DNA from: a bacterium | Lineage (GTDB): Bacteria; Zhuqueibacterota; Zhuqueibacteria; Oceanimicrobiales; Oceanimicrobiaceae | NCBI GenBank assembly: GCA_037446635.1 | Contig: JBBIIG010000047.1 | Coordinates: 1 to 31,706, forward strand | Length of the DNA: 31,706 nucleotides | Direction of reading: 5' to 3' | Shown here: in pieces, positions 16,933-25,655 of the stretch | How positions within the stretch are numbered: position 1 is the first letter of the stretch | How the letters are laid out: the number at the start of each line of letters is the position of its first letter | Made by a program: the position numbers and the translations under genes | Notes under the pieces: generated by a model | Told to the model about the DNA's origin: nothing | Databases searched by the model: none | Seen by the model: the letters and a program-made list of their open reading frames with translations, nothing else

Positions 16933-17784
16933 ATGACTCACTACCTAACCCAATCGGCGCTCGATTACCAGCGCATCGAAAAAGCCATTCTTTTTTTGGA
17001 AAAGAATTTTCAAAATCAACCGTCGCTGAGCGCCGTCGCCCGGCACGTGCATTTGAGTGAATTTCATTTCCAAAGATTGTTCAAACGCTGGGCCGGCATC
17101 AGCCCGAAAAAGTTTTTGCAGTTTCTCACCGTGGAATACGCGAAGACGCTGTTGGAAAAATCTACCAGCCTGCTGGACGCGACCTACGAAAGCGGACTAA
17201 GCAGCTCCGGCCGGCTGCACGATCTTTTCGTCAACATCGAGGCGGTCACCCCCGGCGAGTACAAAAGCCGCGGCGAGGGATTAATCATTCATTACGGCTT
17301 CCATCCCACTCCATTCGGAGACTGCTTTCTCGCGGTGACTGAAAAAGGCATTTGCGCGCTTTCGTTCGTTAATAAGAAAAACCGGCAAGCCGCTGTGGAA
17401 AGGCTGCGCCGGAATTGGCGGGCGGCGACTTTGGTTCAGTCGGAAAAAGCGACGAAGCAATACGTCGAAACTATTTTTTCACGCCAGAACAATAGGGAAA
17501 AAACTCTGACGCTCTTTTTGAAGGGGACCAATTTTCAAGTCAAAGTTTGGGAAGCGCTGTTGCGAATTCCATCTGCAAGCATGGTGTCGTATGAAGACAT
17601 TGCCCGCATAGTTTGCAGCCCGCGGGCCACGCGCGCGGTGGCCAATGCCGTGGCCAATAATCCCGTGGCTTATCTCATCCCCTGCCATCGCGTCATTCGC
17701 AAGACCGGCGTGTTTGGCAAATATCAATGGGGGGAGTCGCGCAAAAAAGCTCTGCTGGCTTGGGAGGCCAGCAGGGTTTTTTAG
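16933..17784 (+). CDS. ada: Ada-like bifunctional AraC-HTH / methylated-DNA--protein-cysteine methyltransferase (no N-terminal Zn domain)
   Basis: LSEFHFQRLFKRWAGISPKKF (HTH), GTNFQVKVWEAL, RAVANA, IPCHRV active site; GAGGAG RBS. Confidence 0.9.
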   Translation: MTHYLTQSALDYQRIEKAILFLEKNFQNQPSLSAVARHVHLSEFHFQRLFKRWAGISPKKFLQFLTVEYAKTLLEKSTSLLDATYESGLSSSGRLHDLFVNIEAVTPGEYKSRGEGLIIHYGFHPTPFGDCFLAVTEKGICALSFVNKKNRQAAVERLRRNWRAATLVQSEKATKQYVETIFSRQNNREKTLTLFLKGTNFQVKVWEALLRIPSASMVSYEDIARIVCSPRATRAVANAVANNPVAYLIPCHRVIRKTGVFGKYQWGESRKKALLAWEASRVF

Positions 17785-17840
17785 GCATATTCATCACGAT
17801 TTTTTTTCTAATAGAAATCTAAGTTATACTTCGAGGAAAT

Positions 17841-17990
17841 GAACAGCCACATCCCCCCGGCGAGATCAACTATACGAGGCGACGCTGGCCAGAGGGCTCA
17901 CTAGTGGCGATGAGTGCCCTTGCGGTAACCAAAACAGCTTGAGATAATATTTGAATTCCGGACTTGCCCACCTTCCAGCTGAGCCGCCCC
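17841..17990 (-). ncRNA. Candidate rod-shaped structured RNA, 6S-like (strand not certain)
   Basis: GC-rich 150-nt island in an AT-rich intergenic region. On the minus strand, nested pairings GGGCGGCU/GGCUGUUC, GGUGGG/CUCGCC, UCAA/UUGA, UGGUUA/UGGCCA, AGGG/CCCU and CUCAU/GUGAG surround an AU-rich internal bubble. Confidence 0.35.
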
Positions 17991-18117
17991 TCTCTTTTTA
18001 TTTTTCTGTTGCATAATTTTCATCAAATAAATTTCCCCGCTGCCAAGCAATTGTCTGTAATTCCAATACAAATAAGTAATGAATTTCACTTTGTAAATAT
18101 TAATTCATGGAGGAATT

Positions 18118-19047
18118 ATGAAAGCACGGATCGCTTTACTGTCCTCGCTGGTTATCCTCTCCAGCGCCTTTTCTTCAACGCCGCAAAAAGCCGATATAAC
18201 CACCCCCTTCATCTCCGTGGGGGACGGCCCGCTTTTCCTGTTGGACTACTCAAACTACAAAGGCTTGAACGATGACACCTTTGTGGAATTTTACGTTCAA
18301 GTGAGTTACGATGAATTGCAATTCATCAAAAAAGCGCGGCGCTTTTACGCCGAGTATGAAGTCGATTTCTCGGTGTTGACCGAAAGCGACAGCTTGCTCG
18401 AAAATTATGTCAACGTCGATCGCGTAGAGGTGGACACTTATGCAGAAACTCAATCCGGCCAAAAAGCGCGCGTGATGCTGTTCGGCTATTCATTTGCGCC
18501 CGGAACCTACAAAATAAAAGCGCGCTTAACCGATCGCGAAACCCGTTCTACCTCTTTTTTAGAGAGAAAATTCTCGACAAAAAATTTTCGCTTGAGACAA
18601 CTGGCCATCAGCGACGTGCAACTCAGCCACCGAATCGAGCCAGCGCCGGATGGCCAACCCTACGTTAAAAACAACCGGTATATCGAGCCCAATGCCTCAC
18701 GCGTGTTCGCCCACGGCGTGAATACCGATATTTACATTTATTTCGAGGTGTATAATTTCGCCTACGTTCCCAACTGCGACAAATCTACCTACACCACCTT
18801 GATTTTCTTTTTTGATCAGGACGGCAATCAAATTGCGCAACTGAAGCGCGTCAACGAGAAGCCCGGCGACACCTGCGCCCACAGCATGAAGTTCCCTTTG
18901 CCGAATTTCAAAAGCGGCGAATATTATGTGACGATTCGGGTGTTGGATGACATGAGTGGTCAAGTTTGTGAAACCTCAAAAGATTTTATCGTGCTGGAAC
19001 AGCCGGTCGCCATCAGTGAAGTCAACCTCAATAATTGGTCGTATTAG
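18118..19047 (+). CDS. Secreted hypothetical protein resembling the N-terminal Ig-like domains of GWxTD-family proteins
   Basis: GGAGG RBS, signal peptide, VEFYVQVSYDELQFIK, PGTYKI...LTD, LAISDVQLS, PNASRVF, YIYFEVYN, SGEYYVTIRV; no GWxTD motif. Confidence 0.65.
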   Translation: MKARIALLSSLVILSSAFSSTPQKADITTPFISVGDGPLFLLDYSNYKGLNDDTFVEFYVQVSYDELQFIKKARRFYAEYEVDFSVLTESDSLLENYVNVDRVEVDTYAETQSGQKARVMLFGYSFAPGTYKIKARLTDRETRSTSFLERKFSTKNFRLRQLAISDVQLSHRIEPAPDGQPYVKNNRYIEPNASRVFAHGVNTDIYIYFEVYNFAYVPNCDKSTYTTLIFFFDQDGNQIAQLKRVNEKPGDTCAHSMKFPLPNFKSGEYYVTIRVLDDMSGQVCETSKDFIVLEQPVAISEVNLNNWSY

Positions 19048-19063
19048 TTTTCTCTTTATTTGC

Positions 19064-19104
19064 AAAAAAATAGCAGACGGGATTTACTCGTCTGCTATTT
19101 TTTT
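19064..19104. terminator. Rho-independent terminator (bidirectional shape)
   Basis: A7-TAGCAGACGGG-ATTTA-CTCGTCTGCTA-T7. Confidence 0.9.
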
Positions 19105-19123
19105 CTCCCACAACAACGCCCTC

Positions 19124-19152
19124 TTGACATTCGCGGACTAATTTTGTAGTGT
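19124..19152 (+). promoter_or_regulatory. Sigma70 promoter of acetoacetate-CoA ligase
   Basis: TTGACA-17 nt-TAGTGT. Confidence 0.65.
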
Positions 19153-19170
19153 TTTGAAAAAAGGAAAAGC

Positions 19171-21150
19171 ATGTCCGAAATTCTCTGGCAACCCGGCGAA
19201 GAGCGCGTCGCAGCCAGTAATTTGACCCGGTTTACCAATTGGCTCGCCAAACGGAGCGGTCGAACATTTCCCAATTATGACGCCCTGCAAAAATGGAGTG
19301 TGGAGCACCTCGCCGATTTTTGGGAAGCCTTTCTGGAATTTACCGGCGTCATGTTTAGCGAACGACACGCGCGGGTTCTGGACTCGCACCAGATGCCCGG
19401 CGCGAAATGGTTTCAGGGAATGCGGCTGAATTTTGCCAAAAATATTTTGGGGCGAAATGTTCAGGGGCCGGCCATCATTAGCATGATTGAAAGCAGTGAA
19501 ATCGACAAAACGGAGTTCAACAGAATTAGTTTTGAAGAACTCAAAAATCTGGTCGCAAGATGTGCGCGCGGACTACAAAACCTCGGCATCCAACCCGGCG
19601 ACCGGGTGGCCGGCTGCGTTGCAAATGTTCCGGAAGCCATCGTCGCGGCGCTAGCGTGCGCCAGCCTCGGCGCCACGTGGAGCAGCGCCTCCCCGGACTT
19701 CGGCATTGACGCGCTGTGCGATCGCTTTCTGCAAGTGGAACCCAAATTAATTTTTGCATCCACCCATTATCGCTACAGCGGCAAAACTTATCACACCAAC
19801 GATGTGATGAAGCGGCTGCACCAACGAATTCCATCGGTGCGAACGGTTGTTTCTGTTCCTTATCCGGTTGGCGAGGCTACTTTTGTTGGTGATATTTCCT
19901 GGGAGGATTTTTTAGGGAACGCGGATCAAGCCAGCCTGTATTTCAATCCGCTGCCGTTCGATCATCCGCTGTACATTTTGTTTTCTTCCGGCACCACGGG
20001 CGCGCCGAAGTGCATGATACACGGCGCGGGCGGAACGCTGTTCCAGCATCGAAAAGAATTGCAGCTTCATTGTGATATTAAGCCGGGCGACTTTCTTCTC
20101 TACTTCACTACCTGCGGCTGGATGATGTGGAACTGGCAACTGAGCGCGCTCTCGCTGGGCGCCACGATCGGTCTCTACGACGGCAACCCCGGTTATCCGG
20201 AACTAACGGCGCTGTGGCGATTGGTGGATCAACTGGGCGTAACCCACTTCGGAACCAGCGGCCGCTTCATCGAAAGTTGCATGAAACATCAGCCGCCCAT
20301 TTTGCCCGGCAGTCTGGGCGCGTTTGAATCTCTGAAAACGATTTTGTACACCGGTTCCCCTCTTTCGGAAGCGGGATTCCGCTGGGTTTACGAAACCGTG
20401 AAAAAAGACGTTCATCTGGCCGGGATCAGCGGCGGCACGGACATCGTTTCCTGCTTCGTGCTGGGAAATCCCAACCTGCCGGTGCGGGCCGGCGAAATTC
20501 AATGCAAAGGTTTGGGGGTAGATGTGGCCGCGTTCGATGAAGCCGGCAACGAGGTGCACGATCAGCCGGGTGAGCTGGTGTGCCGCCAGCCGCTGCCGTG
20601 CATGCCGGTTGGCTTTCTGAACGATCGTGATGGCGAGAAATACCGCAGTGCCTATTTTGATATTTATCCCGGAATCTGGCGGCACGGGGATTACGTGACG
20701 TTTACTGCGCACGGCGGAGTGATCATCCACGGACGCAGCGACGCCACCCTCAACCCCGCCGGCGTGCGAATTGGTTCCGCTGAAATTTACTCAGCGCTCG
20801 ATCAGCTTCCTGAAATTAAAGGCGCCGTGGTAGCGGGTTGGATTCCTCCAACGCAATCCGATGAAATGATCGTGCTGTTTGTGGTTTTGGACAAAGGTCT
20901 AAAACTGGACAAACAAATTGAGGAAAGAATTCGAAAAACGATTCGCACGCAGCGCTCGCCGCGGCACATTCCGCAACACATTTTTCAACTTTCCGAAGTA
21001 CCGGTGACTCGCAGCGGCAAGACCGTTGAGCTCTCTGTGAAGGCCATCCTCGCGGGTAAAGAAGTCACCAACCAAAGTGCGTTAGCCAACCCGCACGTGC
21101 TGGAGGAAATTCAGCAAATCCGCGAGATGTTACTTCAATTGTACGTCTGA
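19171..21150 (+). CDS. Acetoacetate--CoA ligase
   Basis: LWQP N-terminus, GATWSSASPDFG, PFDHPLYILFSSGTTGAPKC, YFTTCGWMMWNW, ISGGTDIVSCF, WRHGDY, GRSDATLNPAGVRIGSAEIY, PVTRSGK. Confidence 0.93.
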   Translation: MSEILWQPGEERVAASNLTRFTNWLAKRSGRTFPNYDALQKWSVEHLADFWEAFLEFTGVMFSERHARVLDSHQMPGAKWFQGMRLNFAKNILGRNVQGPAIISMIESSEIDKTEFNRISFEELKNLVARCARGLQNLGIQPGDRVAGCVANVPEAIVAALACASLGATWSSASPDFGIDALCDRFLQVEPKLIFASTHYRYSGKTYHTNDVMKRLHQRIPSVRTVVSVPYPVGEATFVGDISWEDFLGNADQASLYFNPLPFDHPLYILFSSGTTGAPKCMIHGAGGTLFQHRKELQLHCDIKPGDFLLYFTTCGWMMWNWQLSALSLGATIGLYDGNPGYPELTALWRLVDQLGVTHFGTSGRFIESCMKHQPPILPGSLGAFESLKTILYTGSPLSEAGFRWVYETVKKDVHLAGISGGTDIVSCFVLGNPNLPVRAGEIQCKGLGVDVAAFDEAGNEVHDQPGELVCRQPLPCMPVGFLNDRDGEKYRSAYFDIYPGIWRHGDYVTFTAHGGVIIHGRSDATLNPAGVRIGSAEIYSALDQLPEIKGAVVAGWIPPTQSDEMIVLFVVLDKGLKLDKQIEERIRKTIRTQRSPRHIPQHIFQLSEVPVTRSGKTVELSVKAILAGKEVTNQSALANPHVLEEIQQIREMLLQLYV

Positions 21151-21166
21151 GATGTATTTTTCACTT

Positions 21167-21195
21167 TGCAAAAATAGGCTGCGCTGATTTTTGCA
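21167..21195. terminator. Hairpin between convergent genes
   Basis: TGCAAAAAT-11 nt-ATTTTTGCA. Confidence 0.4.
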
Positions 21196-21202
21196 CTCCA
21201 GT

Positions 21203-22528
21203 TCATTCAAAAATAAATTTCTCTTTTCCGAACGCGGGTTTCAGGTCATCGATCCAAAGAGCTTGTTCGTTGTATTTGGCAAAAAACGGCCGCATGACCA
21301 ACTCCGGTTTGCGCGCCTGCAGCATCGTCAGAACCATCACTTTTTCATCATAAACTTCATCCACGCCGAGCACCTGAATTTTTCCAGGCGATGCGGACAT
21401 ACTTGGGCCGCGCACGGTGCGCGCCAAACCGCTGACTTTTTGATACGCCTTCCGAAATGTTTGCCACGCCTCCACCAGCGGAACGCCAAAATAATGCTGC
21501 GCACCGGTATCGCGCACCACAAACATGTAGTACGGAATGCACCCCAATTCAACCTGCTTCTGCCACATCTCTGCCCAGGCGCGGCTGTTGTCGTTGATGT
21601 GTCTCAGAATGGGCGATTGCGTTCGAATCTCGGCGCCAGTGCGACGGATGCGGCGAATGGCTCTCTGCACCGCCGGCGTTTCCAGTTCCCGTGGATGCGA
21701 AAAATGCGCCATGATGGTTAAGTGCTTGCCCGTGCGCACCACGTTTTTAAAAAGCTCAAGAATCTGCTCTCCTTCATCTTCACTCAAAAATTTATACGGC
21801 CAGTAACTCAAGGCCTTGGTGCCCAATCGAATGGAACGCAGACTGGAGAGGTCGGCGTTCAGCAGCGGCTGCAGGTACTTCGCCAGCACTTTCGGTTTCA
21901 TCACCAGGGGATCGCCGCCGGTGAAGAGCACGTCGGTCACCTCGCTGTGCTCGCGCAGATAAGCCACCAGCAGCTCCGATTCGCGCATAGCAAATTTCCA
22001 CTCATCGATGCCGACAAACTGCGGCCAACGAAAACAGAACGAACAATAGGCGTGACACGTTTGCCCCTGACTGGGAAAATAGAGAACCGTCTGTGCATAT
22101 TTATGCTGCATTCCTTTTAGATGATGCCCGTCGAGGGAGGGCACGTTGTATTGCATCTGGCCCGCGGGGTGTGGGTTCAACTGCATGCGGATGCGGTTGG
22201 CCGCCTCGGAAATTTGGTATTTGCTGGCGTTCCGTTTCACCAGTGCGGCCATCTCATCGAAATGGTGCGGCAGCAGCATCGCGCGCTGGGGAAAGGTCAG
22301 TCGGAAAATCGGATCGTTGGGAACGTCATCCCACCGAATCAGTTCGTTCACAACATAATTGTTGGTTTTGAACGGGAACACCCGCGCCACCACATCAATC
22401 TCAAATTGCTGCTGCTTGGAAAGTTTGCTGATTTGAGGAATGGAACGGTAGTTGTTGAGGGTGTAGGAGTGATAGTTGATAAGCTCGCGCTCGAAGCTTA
22501 TGCGGTTTGGGTTCTTGACTTGGATCAT
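21203..22528 (-). CDS. KamA-family radical SAM / PLP aminomutase (lysine 2,3-aminomutase-like, substrate uncertain)
   Basis: GMQHKY, TCHAYCSFCFRW (CxxxCxxC), DVLFTGGDPL, IRLGTK, HFSHPREL, PYYMF, SPGK (candidate PLP lysine). Confidence 0.88.
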   Translation of the reverse strand: MIQVKNPNRISFERELINYHSYTLNNYRSIPQISKLSKQQQFEIDVVARVFPFKTNNYVVNELIRWDDVPNDPIFRLTFPQRAMLLPHHFDEMAALVKRNASKYQISEAANRIRMQLNPHPAGQMQYNVPSLDGHHLKGMQHKYAQTVLYFPSQGQTCHAYCSFCFRWPQFVGIDEWKFAMRESELLVAYLREHSEVTDVLFTGGDPLVMKPKVLAKYLQPLLNADLSSLRSIRLGTKALSYWPYKFLSEDEGEQILELFKNVVRTGKHLTIMAHFSHPRELETPAVQRAIRRIRRTGAEIRTQSPILRHINDNSRAWAEMWQKQVELGCIPYYMFVVRDTGAQHYFGVPLVEAWQTFRKAYQKVSGLARTVRGPSMSASPGKIQVLGVDEVYDEKVMVLTMLQARKPELVMRPFFAKYNEQALWIDDLKPAFGKEKFIFE

Positions 22529-22590
22529 TTCAGCACCTATTTTTTAGGGTGAATAATAGGTGTGCACGCTGAGAGCGCCCACAACATTGA

Positions 22591-23346
22591 TTAACCGAAT
22601 GAGTACTTGAGATCCTCCATTTTTAAAAGTTCGAGGGTTTCATTCAACCATTGAATGACGTTACGAAATTTCTCGGCGTCTTCTTTGGTGTAGCCTAGAG
22701 ATAAAACGGTTTTGGCAATGTAGTTAATATCCTCTTTCGTCAATAGAGAGCGGCCGTAACCAAGCAAAGCCGTGACATCTGCTTCATCCATTCTTTTCTT
22801 TACCAAATCGCTGCGGTCGGCGACGGCAAATAATTTCAAAATGACCATGTCGCGCACGCTAGCCACTTTCGTTGGGATTTCTTCAAGACTCGATTCAATG
22901 CAAGAATCCAGCGTGGCCACTCGATAACGCAAATTCGCCGGCAAAACATCCAATCGCGTCCCTTCGATATCATAAATTTGAACAACCCGCGTTCCCGATT
23001 TATAGTATTGTTCAAAGAGCTTTCGCACTTTTTCTAAATCCTCAGCCGCAACCAGGATGTCCAGATCGTGCGTTGTGCGCGGCAAAGCATGCTGCCCCAT
23101 CGCCACGCCGCCGATGATGGCATAACGAACGTTGTTCTCGTTCAGGGAGCGGAGAATGAACTTGACAGTCTCCCATTTCATAAGTTTTGGTCCACCCCAC
23201 ACATTCCCTAATTGATCGGAAATCATCACCGCGGATTCCAGCCCGTTACGCCCCTCGAGAAGATAGTCCAGCCGCGATTCAACATAATCTTCGATCGGCT
23301 GCGCAGATTTATCTTTAAGAACCAAATTGTTTGACCTGGTCGTCAT
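22591..23346 (-). CDS. Pol-beta-fold nucleotidyltransferase (DUF1814/AbiEii/MenT-like)
   Basis: YAIIGGVA...PRTTHDLDILV, LDVL, ASVRDMVILKL, D.AD; about 55-aa N-terminal extension; AT-rich. Confidence 0.75.
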   Translation of the reverse strand: MTTRSNNLVLKDKSAQPIEDYVESRLDYLLEGRNGLESAVMISDQLGNVWGGPKLMKWETVKFILRSLNENNVRYAIIGGVAMGQHALPRTTHDLDILVAAEDLEKVRKLFEQYYKSGTRVVQIYDIEGTRLDVLPANLRYRVATLDSCIESSLEEIPTKVASVRDMVILKLFAVADRSDLVKKRMDEADVTALLGYGRSLLTKEDINYIAKTVLSLGYTKEDAEKFRNVIQWLNETLELLKMEDLKYSFG

Positions 23347-23370
23347 CGCCAAACTCAAGTAAACAAAATT

Positions 23371-23443
23371 AAAATAGACATCTCGGCTTAGAATGTCAAG
23401 TTTTAAAATTAGTCTTGACTTTTTTTTGTCAATTCTGTAGTGT
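23371..23443. promoter_or_regulatory. Back-to-back sigma70 promoters
   Basis: Minus: TTGACA (23399-23394)-17-TATTTT (23376-23371). Plus: TTGACT (23415-23420)-17-TAGTGT (23438-23443). Confidence 0.65.
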
Positions 23444-23469
23444 GTAACGCAACATTAATGTTACGTTAC
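23444..23469. promoter_or_regulatory. 26-bp palindrome, copy 1 (candidate operator or REP)
   Basis: GTAACGCAACAT-TA-ATGTTACGTTAC, abutting the -10 box of the kynA promoter. Confidence 0.55.
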
Positions 23470-23478
23470 GTACGGGCC

Positions 23479-24576
23479 ATGAAAAAAAACTATCCTCCTC
23501 TTTACTACGCCGACTATTTGAAATTAGACCAGCTCCTCTCTGCACAGCAGCCGAAAAGCCTGGAATACCAGGGCCAACTCGCGCACGACGAAGTCATGTT
23601 CATCATCGTGCATCAGGTGTACGAGTTGTGGTTCAAACAAATTCTCCACGAGCTGGATTCGGTGATGGCGATGTTTAAAAAAGATTATGTTGAAGAGCAT
23701 GAAATTGGAATTGCGGTTCACCGCTTTAATCGCATCATCGAAATTCAGAAGCTGCTCATCGAGCAGTTACGCATCCTCGAAACCATGACCCCGCTCGATT
23801 TTCTCGACTTCCGCGATCTCTTAATGCCAGCGTCGGGATTTCAAAGCTTCCAGTTCCGGCTCATCGAAAACAAATTGGGATTGAAATCCGAGAGTCGTAA
23901 GCAATTCGACAAAACCGCTTATTACAGCAGACTTTCTCCGCCGCATCAGGAAATGATTTTGCAAGCCGAGCGCGAGCCAACTCTCTTTGAGTTGATCGAA
24001 AAATGGCTGGAACGCACGCCGTTTCTCAATTTCAACGGCTATCATTTTTGGGAGGACTATCGCCGCGCCGTCGAAACCATGCTCAAAAAAGACCGCCAAG
24101 TCATCGAATCCAATCCCCTGCTCTCTGCTGAAGAAAAACAACAGGAACTGCAGGAATTAGCCCAGACGGAAAAAAACTTCGCCGCGCTGTTCGATGAAAA
24201 AAAACATCATGAGCTGATTGACAAAAAACTGCGCCGGCTGTCGCACCGCGCCACGCAAGCGGCGCTGCTCATCTATCTCTATCGCGACGAGCCGATCCTG
24301 CACTTGCCGTTCAGTCTGCTCACCGCGCTCATCGAAATGGATGAGCTATTGACGGCGTGGCGCCATCGGCACGCCCTGATGGTGCAGCGCATGATTGGCA
24401 CCAAAATCGGCACTGGCGGATCGTCGGGGTATCACTATTTGCGGGTCACAGCCGAGAGTCATAAAATCTTTAGCGATCTGACGAACCTCTCGACCTATCT
24501 GATTCCGCGTTCGCAATTGCCGAAGCTGCCGGTGGAGTTGGAGCGGAATCTGGGGTTTTATTATTCGAAGCGGTGA
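23479..24576 (+). CDS. kynA: Tryptophan 2,3-dioxygenase (long, eukaryote/Bacteroidota-type)
   Basis: YADYLKLDQLLSAQ, HDEVMFIIVHQVYELWFKQ, LETMTPLDFLDFR, PASGFQSFQFR, WRHRH, RMIGTKIGTGGSSG. Confidence 0.96.
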   Translation: MKKNYPPLYYADYLKLDQLLSAQQPKSLEYQGQLAHDEVMFIIVHQVYELWFKQILHELDSVMAMFKKDYVEEHEIGIAVHRFNRIIEIQKLLIEQLRILETMTPLDFLDFRDLLMPASGFQSFQFRLIENKLGLKSESRKQFDKTAYYSRLSPPHQEMILQAEREPTLFELIEKWLERTPFLNFNGYHFWEDYRRAVETMLKKDRQVIESNPLLSAEEKQQELQELAQTEKNFAALFDEKKHHELIDKKLRRLSHRATQAALLIYLYRDEPILHLPFSLLTALIEMDELLTAWRHRHALMVQRMIGTKIGTGGSSGYHYLRVTAESHKIFSDLTNLSTYLIPRSQLPKLPVELERNLGFYYSKR

Positions 24577-24620
24577 GGCGGTGAGGTCTAGAGTATAGGG
24601 GAACAAGGAAATAAGGTCTG

Positions 24621-25409
24621 ATGACTATTGATCTCACTGGAAAGCGGGCCATCGTCTGTGGCAGCACGCAAGGAATTGGCCGGGCAATTGCCACCGAGTT
24701 AGCGAAATTAGGCGCAACGGTCATTCTCGTCGCCCGCAATTCGGAGGCGCTGCAAAAGGTCCGTTCTGAATTGAGCGCTGCCGCGGGACAGTCCCATGAT
24801 TTTATCGCTGCGGATTTTTCTGACGCCACCACGTTGCAGGAAAAGATCTCGGCCTTCGTTGCGAAGAATCCCCCGCTGCACGTTTTGGTCAACAATACCG
24901 GCGGCCCGCCGCCGGGGCCGGCATTGACGGCGCAGCCCGAGGAGTTCGCGCAGGCGTTTTCCAATCATCTCTTATGCAATCACATTTTAACGCAAGCCGT
25001 GGTGCCGGGAATGAAAGCGGAAAAGTACGGCAGAATCATCAACATCATTTCGACTTCTATCAAGCAGCCGATAAAAGGCCTCGGCGTTTCCAACACCGTG
25101 CGCGCGGCGGTGGCCAATTGGGCCAAAACTCTGTCGGAGGAATTGGGCCCGTTTGGCATTACAGTGAACAACGTGCTGCCCGGCGCCACCAAAACCACGC
25201 GCCTGGAATCGATCATCGCCAATCGCGCCAAAAGCAGTGGTATGACTGTTGAAGAAATTAGCCAGAAAATGATCGCGGAAATTCCCGCCGGGCGATTTGC
25301 AGAGCCGGCGGAAATTGCATACGCAGTGGCGTTTTTGGCATCGCCAGCGGCGGCGTACATCAACGGCGTCAGTTTGCCGGTCGATGGCGGACGGACCGAG
25401 TGTTGGTAA
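24621..25409 (+). CDS. SDR-family oxidoreductase (atypical, SNxxR in place of YxxxK)
   Basis: CGSTQGIG Rossmann motif, VNNTGGP, GVSNTVRAAV, VNNVLPG, YINGVSLPVDGG. Confidence 0.9.
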   Translation: MTIDLTGKRAIVCGSTQGIGRAIATELAKLGATVILVARNSEALQKVRSELSAAAGQSHDFIAADFSDATTLQEKISAFVAKNPPLHVLVNNTGGPPPGPALTAQPEEFAQAFSNHLLCNHILTQAVVPGMKAEKYGRIINIISTSIKQPIKGLGVSNTVRAAVANWAKTLSEELGPFGITVNNVLPGATKTTRLESIIANRAKSSGMTVEEISQKMIAEIPAGRFAEPAEIAYAVAFLASPAAAYINGVSLPVDGGRTECW

Positions 25410-25420
25410 CAGGAAGAAAA

Positions 25421-25450
25421 CGGAGTGCAATGCTTAAGCATTGTACTCCG
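25421..25450. repeat. 30-nt palindrome (REP-like)
   Basis: CGGAGTGCAATGCTT-AAGCATTGTACTCCG, one G.T wobble. Confidence 0.7.
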
Positions 25451-25655
25451 GTCTTTCATTGGAATACAATCCGTGAAAAAAGGAAAAAAGGTCTTTTGCA
25501 CGGCAACCTCCGGCTCTATCCTCACAGACCAATTGTGAAAGTAGGTCCGGTGGCATTCATCAAACCAAAGCGCGCATGATCTCAGAATACCTCGATTTCA
25601 AAATGAATTTTCGAAAAGCATGATCAGCAAATTTTATCATCTTGGCTGGCAGTAA

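Noticed and set aside
17841..17990. SAM-I, TPP or cobalamin riboswitch; SRP or RNase P RNA
   Set aside because: Only isolated short resemblances; the conserved cores are missing.
25451..25655. Possible decayed gene between SDR and ALDH
   Set aside because: Only very short ORFs with no recognisable motif.
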